From contig OZ249436.1 in the NCBI GenBank assembly GCA_965235115.1, forward strand, positions 46,316,001 through 46,380,000: 64,000 nt of DNA, written 5' to 3'. The position numbers were made by a program, and so were the translations under genes. Below, one piece after another: positions 49,500-62,200 of the stretch. The notes below the pieces were generated by a model. The model was not told where the DNA came from, did no database searches, and saw nothing but the letters and a program-made list of their open reading frames with translations. Every line of letters begins with the position of its first letter. Within the stretch, counting starts at the first letter, position 1. Origin of the DNA: Laetmonice hystrix. Taxonomy: Eukaryota.

Positions 49500-50390
49500 A
49501 CAAAGTCGCTGCAATGGAAGCCCTGTAAATCGGCATCTGAAAGAAACACGAGTTTTTCGATTCGCAAATGTCAGATGCTTCAGGGAGAAGTTGCTTGCGT
49601 TTCAGGAAGGGAAGTGTCCTCCCTCACGAAAGGTCAACTCAGCTTAGATTAAAGTTAAGTGAAGATTTGGGCAATGCCACGGAACCGTGAGGTTGTGTTT
49701 CAGGCAAGCTCTTGGCGTCAGACACGGCAAACTGGTCCAGCTGGCGGACGGGACAACGGATGCCGTGTCTGATCTCCAGGCGTCAGACACGGCAAACTGG
49801 TCCAGCTGGCGGACAGGACAACAGATGCCGTGTCTGATCTCCAGGCGTCAGACACGGTAAACTGGTCCAGCTGGCGGACAGGACAACGGATGCCGTGTCT
49901 GATCTCCAGGCGTCAGACACGGTAAACTGGTCCAGCTGGCGGACGGGACAACGGGTGCCGTGTCTGATCTCCAGGCGTCAGACACGGTAAACTGGTCCAG
50001 CTGGCGGACAGGACAACGGATGCCGTGTCTGATCTCCAGGCGTCAGACACGGTAAACTGGTCCAGCTGGCGGACAGGACAACGGGTGCCGTGTCTGATCT
50101 CCAGGCGTCAGACACGGTAAACTGGTCCAGCTGGCGGACAGGACAACAGATGCCGTGTCTGATCTCCAGGCGTCAGACACGGCAAACTGGTCCAGCTGGC
50201 GGACAGGACAACGGATGCCGTGTCTGATCTCCAGGCGTCAGACACGGTAAACTGGTCCAGCTGGCGGACAGGACAACAGATGCCGTGTCTGATTTACATG
50301 TTCTCAGTGTCCTATAGGTCATAGAGCGTTGAACGTCTGGTTTCTTCCCTCGGCGTGACGCCCAGTCGATTATCTCAGCATAATGCACGC
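49500..50390 (+). mobile_element. Possible decayed LINE RT relic containing the 65-bp array
   Basis: 'FQEGKCPPSRK' (L.EG.FP..WK) before the array, 'GKLVQL' in the unit, 'SGFFPRR' (QSGF.P.R) after. Confidence 0.4.
49714..50293. repeat. 65-bp minisatellite, about 9 copies, each a stem-loop
   Basis: TCAGACACGG(C/T)A ... TGCCGTGTCTGA 12-bp inverted repeat in every unit. Confidence 0.97.
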
Positions 50391-52129
50391 TGGGGGACAG
50401 TTGTTATCTCAGATACTTTACTGCTCACGACTACCCGCCGCTCATGTCTTGATCATAATATTTCACAATTATTGTCCATACATTTAAATCACCAATTATA
50501 AGTGGCCCATCCCTTGAGTCTAAAATACAAATTGAGAGTGAGAGTAGATTGAGTCGACCAAAATTCAATGTCCGTGTTTGAAAGAAAGAAGCACCCAATG
50601 TTCAGTTCTTATTAGATACACACATCTATCTAAGAAAACTTATAAAAAGTAGAGTATTGGAATTTGCTTTCACAGCAGTTGAATCTGCGCCATGTCCTGA
50701 AGTATTATAAAACGTCTCTAGAGAAACGCAGTCCTCGTCAGGTCATCTCCACAAATTGGGGTTATCAAGTATAATTGAAATTCTTCAAAGTGTCAGACCT
50801 GAAACCGACTTCAGATCGGGTGTTTCCAGGCTATAGCGGGTGCTAATGCGCCCCAAGCGCCCCGTGATGCAATGGAGCGAACGGGAAGATCTATAAATTG
50901 GCATTCTCAGTATTAATATGTCTTGCTAGATTGCCAGAAGTAGATTAGAAGACATGCGAATTGCCGAAGAAAGGTTGAATGTATTTTCTATCATAACCTG
51001 TTTTCTCAAGGAAAGAATCCTTTTATGTGCACGCCAATTTTTGTGAAAAAAAGATTTTGTGGTTGTAATGCAAAACGCGGGCACAATCTTCTCCTATAGC
51101 TGAGGACAAATTCCACTCTCGAATTGTAAAAAACATGTATGTGTAAGGCAGACGTATTCAATGTGAACCCCGAATTTGCAGATATGGGTAGCTTTTTGAT
51201 TTGTGATTTTCCTTTATATTATGAAACCTTTTACCTGTCAAGAGGTAGGTTATTTTTGTTTTCAAATGACAAATGGATTGAGAGAGAAATGTCTTAGCGA
51301 CCCGCTCTGGCTGAACACACTACAGCAGAGGCGGGAGCAGGTTTCACATCAGTGCCTCGCTAACTTCAGACTGTGTGTCAGCAACGATTTGCCACAAGAT
51401 GTCCGTGGTGTTGCTAAAAGACAGCTCACGCCCACCAGTCACAATCAATGCCCGCTGCTCACTGAGCGGGGACAGGATGGGGAAAAACTGTCCACGGGTG
51501 GCGAGGGGCTCGCTGCCCCCCGGGGATTTCCTAGAAAAGATGGGTGCTGTCAGTCTGCCCCTTGGGGTCTGCTCTAAAAATATCCGAGTGCAACAAATAC
51601 GGGAGGAGACGCGCCATGTGAGGTGGTTGGTCCGTAAATTATGAAGGTGTTTATGAGGTGTGGGGTGAGAGATAGACGAGAATGAACAAAGGACACGCAG
51701 AATCGGGGATTGACGGTAACGGCAGGTTAAATTTACATGATATAAAACTTCCTCACAGTTCTCTCTATTGTCTGGTTTAATTTACATAAGACGACATAAG
51801 GAACAAATACATTCTGACTTGTCAACGGAACTCTGGTAGGAAACGACAGATTTAGTATGAGATGTGAATAGCTTCAAAGGAAATTCACAGAAGCACGTGA
51901 GGACTACAAATCAGTTACATGTCATATTATAAACAAGAATTTGCCCGTGTCTCTTTCAAAACTAGAGGCAAATGTAAAGTTTAAAAAAGACCGGCATACA
52001 TGGACACGGAAAAATGATGCCTCAAACGTATTTCCGGAGATTTATTAGATGTCAACACATTCCCCTTGGCGACTGTGTGACCATAGTGTATCATTTTAAA
52101 ACTTCACCAACGTGTTCGTCTGAAACTAT

Positions 52130-52400
52130 TTGCGAATGCGTCGGTTTTCTTTCTCTGCCCTCAATGTGCTGCCCCTGCGGCTACTTCTGAAGGTCACACA
52201 CTGTACAGCGATGTTTCGAAAGGCTTTGTATGAAATTCCCAACATGGAGCGACAGGAAAATTACCTGTCCGCAGCTGAGGTATATATGAATTGGTCTGGG
52301 TGCATTCATGCCACTTATAGATGTCAAACAAGGCGGAAAATGTCGGAAATCCAACAAAAGATAGCCCACTGTGTTGGTTATATTGGGAGGTGGTAGTTAG
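52130..52400 (+). mobile_element. Decayed CR1-like LINE RT fragment
   Basis: 'VGF' followed by 'TLYSDVSKGFV...H...GKL' (IYLDFSKAFD.V.H..L..KL). Confidence 0.45.
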
Positions 52401-53084
52401 GGTGTCAGGACCTCTAAATATGAGATTGAGAATTATCATTTCAAACAGATCTTAATGTAACCTTAAAAAGGTAGATAAAATTCTGAGGTGACTAAAGGTT
52501 AATCGAGTCTCGGGAGACTGGCAGCAATCGGAGGTAGGGAAAGTATCGGGTTTAGCTGGCCAGATACTTCCAATTTATTTTCCGGACGACTGAGATCGAA
52601 ATAGGTCACTTGACGGCGTCAGTTCCCGTAGGAGGACGTGACCTCTCGTTGGAGTACTTCCGGTTAGCGCCTTTCTTCCTGAGGGCTCGTTCTGTATCGA
52701 CATCATTATTTAAGATGTGCTGAAGGAGTATGAATGGCTAAGCAGCAGTCTATCAGCAAGTCAAGATGTCTTAAGTCTCAGCTTGATCTCAGGTGATTGC
52801 GGGGCCAAGTCGTAGCGGGTAGAATTAGTTCAGTTTTGTGAGATCATGCAGATGTTGTGATGGGCGGACACAGTGTTATTGTCTGTTACTGCCTGAACCG
52901 AAGGTATGGGAATATTTGCTTAAGGGTTTGCCACCGTAAACGCCCCCAGAGGGTATCTGGGCGGGGGTCTAATGAGACTTAGCTGGATCAACACCCCAAG
53001 GCATGCAGACAGGCGCAGTATTAGGAGCCCTGCGTTACGATGGGTCCGTCGAGGGGTACGCAACATCTCACACGTCGTGATAAA

Positions 53085-53395
53085 TTACAGGTATTAGACG
53101 TTAGACCTAAGACCAGAGGCCATGCCGGTAGGCAGGGGCAGATCCAGGGGACCTGGGGGCGCACCCCCCCCCCTCATTGAAAAAATAGATAAACACCCAG
53201 ACTCCGCGCGGCACACCTGCGCGGTGATCACGCTGCCAGTGCACACCCCACGCCCCCTTCCAAAATCGTGAATCCGTCCCTAGTAGGTTACAGGTATTAG
53301 ACCTAAGACCTAAGACCATATGCCATGCCGGTAGGTTAGAGGTATCCGACCTAATACAAGAGGCCATTGCCGGTAGGTTACAGATATCAGACTTG
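53085..53395. repeat. Degenerate short tandem repeat (about 3-4 copies) interrupted by a MITE
   Basis: Recurrent CCATGCCGGTAGGTTA(C/G)AGGTAT..GACCTAA. Confidence 0.75.
53133..53282. mobile_element. 150-bp MITE (CAGGGGC.GATCC-type, hAT-like) with 5-bp TSD GTAGG
   Basis: Imperfect TIRs CAGGGGCAGATCC / GAATCCGTCCCTA; GTAGG at 53128-53132 and 53283-53287. Confidence 0.75.
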
Positions 53396-53767
53396 CTAAA
53401 GGACGCCAAGACCGATACCCATAAGAACATAGTCTGCTGAATTTGGCCAAGGTCATGGAACCCAAAATAGCATGACCAGGGCGTATTAACTCTGGCCAAT
53501 CATGTACGTACATTACGGAGATCATTTCCAATAAATAGGTACTTAATGACTTTTTCTGGTAATATGAGAGAAAAACGATACAGGCCTAGTACTTGCCGAT
53601 TATAAGGTTCCTTGTTCTTCGCTGCTCTATGACCATAATTGTTGGTCGGAAATGGTGTTGACATCCAGGGCAAACGTAGTTGTTACCCAACATGCAATCC
53701 TAACAATTGTTTTCTTTAATCGTGTTCAGGGTCATAGTGTTGGAAACGTCGTGGTCGCCCCCCCCAC

Positions 53768-53839
<72 letters not shown>
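53768..53839. repeat. (GTA)24 microsatellite
   Basis: Directly visible. Confidence 0.97.
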
Positions 53840-56800
53840 ATTTATTGACATAATGTCCAAAATAATTACAATAATTCACCAACAAGCGTGTAGCAGCCTC
53901 CGAAGATCATCTAAAACGTCATATGTAAACTTTAAGAGCGAGTTCACAATATGCACATAGTTCTGTCGCGTACTCCGTATTTAGTAGTTCAAAAACCTCG
54001 CAGATAGAGTCACACAAACGGACGAAAAGAAACGATTCTCTTAGAGACATTTTTTGGCCAATCAGTGGAAACTTGCTGATTCTGAACACGTGCTCTGCAA
54101 ACCTTTTAGTCAGTATCCAAGTCATATCCCCTGACCTTCTTTTTCAGCCTGATGTTAATGGTAATGCAGGTATCATTTTATGCACACGCGTACGGTTTCC
54201 GGGCCTGAAAAGATGTCAGCCAAGTGATGAGCCACGAAGCTCTTACTCTGTAAACAATACAGCGCTCCTCAATGTCTGAGCCGGAGCGTAACAGCTCATC
54301 ATGATTGTTGTCACATGAATAAAAGCCACTTTTTTGAAAGGCCATAAACGTACAGAGGTATCGTATAGCATGTGTAAAGAAGAGTTGTGGTGCATTGTCA
54401 CTGCTCTTGGACAGGTACGAACAAAGAGCTTGAGTCATTCATTAACCAGTATCACGCCCATAAATCTATACGCCCCCCCCCCTCCCCTCTCACACACACA
54501 GGCGCGTATACCACCCTCTTATAACATATCATAGATACGACTGATGTACGCGTTTGTCTCAACATCTGCTTGCCCCTGATTACAACTGAGCCCGATATAG
54601 ACAACATTGTCTGTTTGAGGAAGACACAGTCTAACAACACGACTACAAAGAGACTTGAGATCCTTTGGAAGATCGTCTCACCACAAAGGCGGTACTGATC
54701 CAACGGGAGATTAAATTGAGGCCAAATTCAACCGTAAAGAAAGTGTAGCCAAGTAAAGTCTACCAAACGAGGAATTTTATAAAAAGAGCAGTGACTTTGG
54801 CAACAATGACATTGTAATCACCATAAAATCTTGCGTTACGACTTCGTTTATTATGAGACATATGTTATGTCGCGAGGCAGTGAGTGAATCAAGGGCGCTT
54901 GTTTGTAAGAGGTAGGAAAGGACAACCAAGGAAGCAGGGCATGACCTTGTAGTGTAGTACTGCGTTCTTGGCAGGTGATGGGACGTATAGTGTAGTGTAT
55001 ATAGCCGTAGGGAGGGTTAGGGCTGTCACTCAGGATGTCCTGTCGGCCTGGGTCTCTTCCTGGTCCGCCCCTCACACAGGTACACAATGCCACCGCTAGG
55101 GGGCCTGCCGGTTGAGATCCACGGATAGGATTTGACCGGTGGTTTGCGACAGGCTATGCCACCTGTAAAAGGTACAGGCATGGCTCCAGGTACGTCAGGC
55201 CGTGTGAAGGCGCTGGCCTGGACAGACAACGGCTAAGGATTTCCAGGTGTGAATGCCCTGGAGAGTTTGTGTGTGTGTTTGGGTAAGGAGCGAAAGGACC
55301 GGCTTTGGATCACTGCAAGGATAGATTTATGGGAAGCGAAGGCGTCCAGTTGTCCGGGAGGCCACACTAACAAATTGGTCGTGTGGCAGAAACATATGGT
55401 CCGGGCGGAAGACAAATAAACAGCCACCATCCGTGGAGATCCTGTACAGACACGCGTTCTTAGAGGGCATCGGTTTCACATGCTCCCCTTTTAATGTCAG
55501 GGAAACCAATCTGTTCCCATGGATACAGGAAACGGTGCGGTCAGATTTCCCCCGGCTCAATAATTATAATAGTCTTATTATGTCAGTAAGTGCGGGTAGT
55601 ACGTCATTTTATGTCCTGAATGTGGTAGAACGCCCAGGACGGTAAGCAATGTGCACCATTTATTAGACGTGGGATGAACACGCCCCCATCTGGGCAGGTT
55701 AATCCCAAGGGAAAGGACACATTGGTCCATTACTGTTCATCACCTCCATGGAAACACGTGTATGTGGACGGATACAGGAGATGGGACGGATCCCGATCAT
55801 AAATCAGTGACAGGAACAAATGTGTGGCCGGGACCGGGGGAAGAATTGGGGAGGCGATGAGGAGGGGTGAGGGAAAGGCGGGAGAAACAGTGTGATACTC
55901 CAAACAGCCACCCACATCTTCTTCTTCCGTTCATCTCATCTGATTTCTCCTGTCCTCCCCCCTTCTTCTCCCCCTTCTCCTCCTCCTCCCCCTCCTCCTG
56001 GTCCCAATCACGGGTACAACCCAGAGAAGATACAGTTACAGTAGGCCGCTCCCTGAAGTTTACGTTAATGTTGTGTAACAGCTCTCACACAGCGAGCCCG
56101 GCTGATGGCAGGGCTACCACTGCTGGCAGAGAGATGCGCTAGAGAACCGTGAGAAGAGCTGTTCACTTTCCACCAAGACATGCAGCTGACAGAGGCCTTG
56201 AACCTGTCAGGGTTGGTCTTGTTTGTGGAAGCATCCCAATGCCTTAATCCTGGAGAAACCCATTAATTATGATCCAAGAACGAACCTGTACTTCTGTTCG
56301 GCTTCAGATAAACGGCTAAAAAGATCCTGGTGTGTCAATATTTAGGACGGAGCCATAGAAAACCTCATGTTTTGATTGTCAGCTACGGTTTGCTCCTGGC
56401 TATCAAACAGGAACTTATTGCTGAAGGACCGTGCCAACTTCTACAGAAACATTTTCCCTCTAAACACTTGGACGTGAATAACCTCACTGTGTAGAAGGGC
56501 GAGGTAACACAAAGTTGCGACACCTTTTCAGGGCCCCCCAGTGCTAAGTACATATTGACAAAGAGAAAGTACGGCTCTCCTTGCTATGAAACCCAATACC
56601 CATATATTTCCTAACTTGGCAGCATATTTGACGTGCAAAGCTTGCCCTGTTACAGATTCAAATCATTCACGCATGCCAGAATTCGGTGGCTCGTAACGAC
56701 ACCATTGAAGGTCAGCACAGATGACCCTGAAAGGTCAATGAAGAGGTTGCCGAGGGGACGGAGGTGGGGGAATTCTCCATACATAAACTTTCCTTACTAC

Positions 56801-57131
56801 AGGGGGTGAACCGTCTTGATGTCTTGACGTCGCAGGTCGATGGTTTCCACCCTGTAGTATACTGGCATTGCTGTGTCCAGCGCACCAATTACTGCTGGCC
56901 TCGAGTAGTATCCGTTACGGCTAGTGGTCACAAGTAAATAGTATCTCCAGTCAAAAGCAGCCTGACAGGTCAAGATAAGATAATTTCTGGTTAGTATGGG
57001 CGAAATTGATGACATGCACCGAAAGTCGTAGGATCATCAAATATTGATAAGAAAGGCCGAGGTGAAGTTCCATATTCCAGTATTTTAGCAGAAAGAACTT
57101 TTAGATTCAAGTGTAGGCCACTTAGTTCCTG

Positions 57132-57440
57132 TCAGTTCATTGTTAGAGTTAAGGTGGAATACGTTAAAACTATAGCAGAATCCCAGAGGCTGGAGCGCGT
57201 CTTCGTGCCATCCCGGGTTTTGAAAGAGAGGATCTGACCCCAGGTCAGCACAAGGTTAATGATGGTGAGGTGTTGAGGTGATGGATGAGGCGGAGCTATG
57301 AGAGTGATTGACAGGTCTGATTGGCAGGCGTGTTTGCTAAAGGGGTCGAGATTGTGTTCGTTAATGGAGGCAGTGGGCGGGGTTAGCGTGGGAGGCTGAA
57401 GCGGCAGACTGTCTGTCTGTCCCGGGAATGACCAGGGCAA
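57132..57440 (-). mobile_element. Possible LINE APE-endonuclease fragment
   Basis: 'CQSDLSITLIAPPH...IINLVLT' resembles C...L.Q.V..PT......LDLVLT. Confidence 0.35.
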
Positions 57441-57742
57441 GAACCACGTCTCTGGTCACTGATGGAGAAAATAGACACAGGATCTCCATTTGAGAGATCA
57501 CGCGATTCTGTTCCGAAACCCAAGGAGATTATAGTGCTGTGCCAGCTGACACCAAACCCATCGATGCCAGCTAGGGCGAGGTTAAGTGGTGTCTTCCTTT
57601 TTCAACTTTTCATCTTTAAATGTTCTGGCAGAAGGCTTCATAAATATCGGGTTAAAAATATTTAAGTAGCTTGTATACCTGAACAATTCGCTATTGTACA
57701 ATAACGGTGGTCCTGTCTCGTAGTCGGATCTGAGGAACCGTG

Positions 57743-57995
57743 GCGTAGGACATTGGTGAGAAAGTAGTCCGAGCAGCATGTAACCTGAAACATGCTAAAA
57801 CGTAAGCGTAGGACATTGGTGAGAAAGTAGTCCGAGCAGCATGTAAGCTGAAACATGCTAAAACGTAAGCGTAGGACATTGGAGGGAAAGTAGTCCGAGT
57901 AGCATGTAACCTGAAACATGCTAAAACGTACGCGTAGGACATTGGTGAGAAAGTAGTCCGAGTAGCATGTAACCTGAAACATGCTAAAACGTAAG
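57743..57995. repeat. 63-bp tandem repeat, 4 copies
   Basis: Unit GCGTAGGACATTGGTGAGAAAGTAGTCCGAG(C/T)AGCATGTAACCTGAAACATGCTAAAACGTAA. Confidence 0.95.
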
Positions 57996-58289
57996 AGGAG
58001 TAAAACGCAAATTGAATGAGCACACTATCGTTGGTTTGTATAATGGTCTGTGGTTAAAACACCCCCCCCCCCCAAAAAAAAAAAACCAAAAAAAAACAAA
58101 ACAAATTGATGTCAGCGAAGGAACGGCTAGTAGGCCTATTACTTAGACGAGGAGACGTCCGCTCGCTGACAGCCTATAGTAGGCTATGTAGATGAGAAAC
58201 TATAACGTACAGGAAACGGTTGATCGATGGTTCTTGGCCGGGAATCTATCTCGACCTGCGTGCTCCATATTTAGCCTAACGTCGCCCTG

Positions 58290-58622
58290 ATGTCGCATCT
58301 GATTACAACTGCTGGCAACGACTTGAAAGATGTCTCCGTTGGAAAGGAGCCACGTTACGTTAGGCCGTTAACGGCCCTAACGGCCGAGCCAGCTGTGATC
58401 ATGGCAACACTAATTGGGTCACTCCCAGGTGTCGCGCCGGTCGCCGGAAGTGTCGCCAGGGTCTCTGTCATGTGGTTGGCTGAGGTCGGAGCGGTGTCCA
58501 GGCACCTCGACCACACGACCATAACCTCGCTGAGAACTAGTTAATTGCTCACCTTGATTGCACTGCTTGAGGACAGGTGTCATCACCATCTTGTGGGATT
58601 CCGTAATTGCTTCATTTATCAA
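58290..58622 (-). mobile_element. Possible LINE RT fragment
   Basis: 'LTSSQRGYGR...RSDLSQ' resembles LT.SQHGF...RSCLT. Confidence 0.3.
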
Positions 58623-58951
58623 AGGTCTTCATTGTTCAAATTCTTCTGTAAGAAAAAAGAGCTACTTCTCCGCGTGGTGATACCATGAGGGAGTTGTGGG
58701 GCGTAATGTAGGCCTAAACTATAACGTGTTTCAGTGTATTCTTTCATTGAGTACCAGAGTTTTGAGTGAAGGTAAATTACAACAAAAATCTAGAATCGGT
58801 GTTCTTAAAATCCATTTGTATGATACTTGGAATCCTTAACTATCTAGAATGCTGTCACTAATTACTGGCGAATTTTGCGGGACAAAATCGGCTGTTTCTC
58901 ATTCAATCGAACAAGACCATCGTCTTTCACGCGGTTTGTCTTGTTTTTTGG

Positions 58952-59191
58952 GGTCATTAGTCACAGAAAAACCGACATTTTAACTAATTTAGGGTATAAG
59001 ATGAATATGTTAGGCAACAACCAGATGGTCATATACGAAGTAGAAGTATTTTTCACTACTTTAGGCAAGTTACAAGGTCATTAGTCACAGAAAAACCGAC
59101 GTTTTAACTCGTTTTGGGTATAAGATGAATATGTTAGGCAACAACCAGATATACGAAGTAGAAGTATTTTTCACTACTTTAGGCAAGTTAC
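58952..59191. repeat. 124-bp direct duplication
   Basis: GGTCATTAGTCACAGAAAAACCGAC... at 58952 and 59076. Confidence 0.93.
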
Positions 59192-60018
59192 CGTGTTTAA
59201 CCTTTCTTTTATAGTTCAGGATAAATACGCCGAGCTACACGCCCCATATTACTAACAGAGGCACATAGAAAGTCGGGCAGCAAGCCGTGCTGTCATAATC
59301 GTGTACTCTGTAGGCTTAGGTTGGATCAATATTAGAAACGGCAACTGTGGGCCTGGTACGACTGGCTCCTCTAACAGTGGTCGCACTGGGTGACCGGCTG
59401 GCGCCCTCATAATATAGTGGTCAGCAACAGATGGTTGGGAGTGGATCTAATGGTCGATTGGCCAGTCAGGGGATGGCCAGTACGGTATAAACACCCAGGT
59501 TTAATGGTCTCACCTGGTTAACCTTGTCTCACTGAGAACGGCCTGTTTGTCGTCTCGGGACTGACCAGTAGTGGTCTGCAGAAAATCGCTAGCTATGTTT
59601 ATATTCAGGCGGACGTAACTTACTTATCGACGTCTCGGTACTGGGAGTACTGAGTGGGAATCCAGGAACGTTTGGTTGAAAATGTAATTATTGTTGGGAG
59701 GTTTGCTATGTTGGTTAACTCCCGTTGATCGAGTTATTAAAGGGATGCCAGAGAAGGACAGGTGTGATAATTATAGAGGACCTATAGCCACGGTCCTGGC
59801 TCATCATGCAATAACAGTCTGACAGCAGCAACGAACGTTGAATAACACCGGAAGTGTGTGTCGGCCAAGTTCTCTTTTCTCGTTTAATTTAACTGTCCCT
59901 TTGAATTTAAGTGTTCTTTCTTCAATCAAAGGAAGTCTGTGTGGTTTACTAAATATATATCTCTTCAGGTAAATAAAAAACATAGCAAACTTGACGTCAG
60001 TGATTCAGATGACTGGAG

Positions 60019-60480
60019 TTGGTCATTAGTGCTGAGCTGCCAGTGTTAGGATGCAGTGATGGAGAGACTGTGGAGGTTTCTAACTGTAATCTTTCTCTTC
60101 TCCTTCCCAACATTGGTTACAGGGCTGAGGATATGGAGCAACACTTGCTGCTCTGCTCCTGTTTAATCCGCAGGAATTTGCCTCCTTTTTTGAAGCATTG
60201 GGATGGCACCTACCCTTCTGACATTTTCTGCTGGCTCCTCTGAGGAAACAGTTCAGGGGGTCACCCGGCTTGGCTGAACAAAGAGTAGAGTTAGGCATCG
60301 GTGTTGGGTGTAGCACAGGGGTGTTGGAGTTAGGAGCGTTCTGCTGGGAGGGTTTCAAGGGGTGTGTGTGTGTGCGAGACATGCCCTCAGAACATGTGGA
60401 CCTCCATGCTGTGGCCTCATACCTGATGTCGAGTCGAGTTCGCCAGGAAGGCTCCTCCAGGGCTGTTCCCGTGTAGCGGG
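60019..60480 (-). mobile_element. Decayed CR1-like LINE RT N-terminal fragment
   Basis: 'ELDSTSGMRPQHGGPHVLRAC' (LD..KAMGPD...PHVLRAC), 'AIPMLQK', 'ILSPVTNVGKEKRKI'. Confidence 0.5.
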
Positions 60481-60705
60481 AGTTGGGCTGACCTATCGCT
60501 GCCTGTCAAGGCGGGACCATACTGACAGGTCCCAGTCGGCGCGGTATTTATCACTGCACGACTCGACAACCTCCCAGGTTCGCCTCTAAAAACGTATTCA
60601 ACGGGCTTCATTTTATTTATCGAGGTTGTTCCTGTATTTTATAAAGACATCCAACAATACATTTGTATGTACGTGATTTTTGTAACCGGACCAACTGAGC
60701 AATTT

Positions 60706-62200
60706 TTAACGAAAAGAAAATTTATTATAAGAATGATTGGAAGTTTCAGTACCTGACGGGGTGTTTATTTTGGGTAAGGAACAATTCCAGAAAGTTACAC
60801 TCACGGAACTCGACATCTGAGAGTTTATACATCGGTATTGACGAGCTGGCGTGAAGAATATTTTATTAGGCATTTTGGGAGGTGAAGGGACCGTGGTTAG
60901 GAACAAGGTCAGGGCCATGGATCTTTTACTTTCGACCAAATTTCGTGGATGTACCGTTGATGTATATTGATGTTCACCTGGCTGACAGTCCTGTACCATC
61001 ATGTTTCTCTGCCTGACAGTTTGTACTATATTGATGTTCACCATCATGTTCTCTGACTGACAGTTTGTACTATATTGATGTTCACCTAGCTGAGAGTCCT
61101 GTACCATCATGTTCTCTGACTGACAGTTTGTACTATATTGATGTCCACCATCATGTTCCCCTGACTGACAGTTTGTACTATATTGATGTTCACCATCATG
61201 TTCCTCTGACTGACAGTTATTGATGTTCACCATCATGTTCTCTGACTGACAGTTTGTACTATATTGATGTTCACCATCATGTTCTCTGACTGACAGTTTG
61301 TACTATATTGATGTTCACCATCATGTTCTCTGACTGACAGTTTGTACTATATTGATGTCCACCATCATGTTCCCCTGACTGACAGTTTGTACTATATTGA
61401 TGTCTACCATCATGATCCCCTGACTGACAGTTTGTACTTTATTGATGTCCACCATCATGTTCCCCTGACTGACAGTTTGTACTATATTGATGTTCACCAT
61501 CATGTTCCCCTGACTGACAGTTTGTACTATATTGATGTCCACCATCATGTTCTCTGACTGACAGTTTGTACTATATTGATGTCCACCATCATGTTCCCCT
61601 GACTGACAGTTTGTACTATATTGATGTTTATCATCATGTTCCCCTGACTGACAGTTTGTACTATATTGATGTTCACCATCATGTTCTCTGACTGACAGTT
61701 TGTACTATATTGATGTTCACCATCATGTTCTCTGACTGACAGTTTGTACTATATTGATGTCTACCATCATGTTCCCCTGACTGACAGTTTGTACTATATT
61801 GATGTTCACCATCATGTTCCCCTGACTGACAGTTTGTACTATATTGATGTTCACCATCATGTTCTCTGACTGACAGTTAGTACTATATTGATGTCCACCT
61901 AGCTGACAGTCCGGTGTACGGTACCATCATGTTTCTCTGACCTACGATTTGTACTGTTCACGTACTGTCTAGCGTTGCCACCATAAGCAACCAACACGCC
62001 AGGCCTCGTTTGTAGCAAGCCCAAATGACCGGTGTTACATTTTTCCCAGGCAGATTTCCAAAGTCTAACAGATGTTCTCTGCATGGTGTTCAGACCAAAC
62101 ACACATTCCCAACCAGACTACTAGTCGGACTTTTTCCCATCAGGGACAGGTGGTAGCAGTCAGAAGGTTAACGAGGCAACTGCCAGTAGAAACCCTCAGT
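60706..62200 (-). mobile_element. Decayed LINE relic containing the 44/45-bp array
   Basis: 'SVRLWKSA' upstream of the array; 'KIHGPDLVPN' and 'CINSQMSS...FW' downstream. Confidence 0.4.
60963..61940. repeat. 44/45-bp minisatellite, about 21 copies
   Basis: Unit CTGACTGACAGTTTGTACTATATTGATGT(T/C)CACCATCATGTTC(T/CC). Confidence 0.96.
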
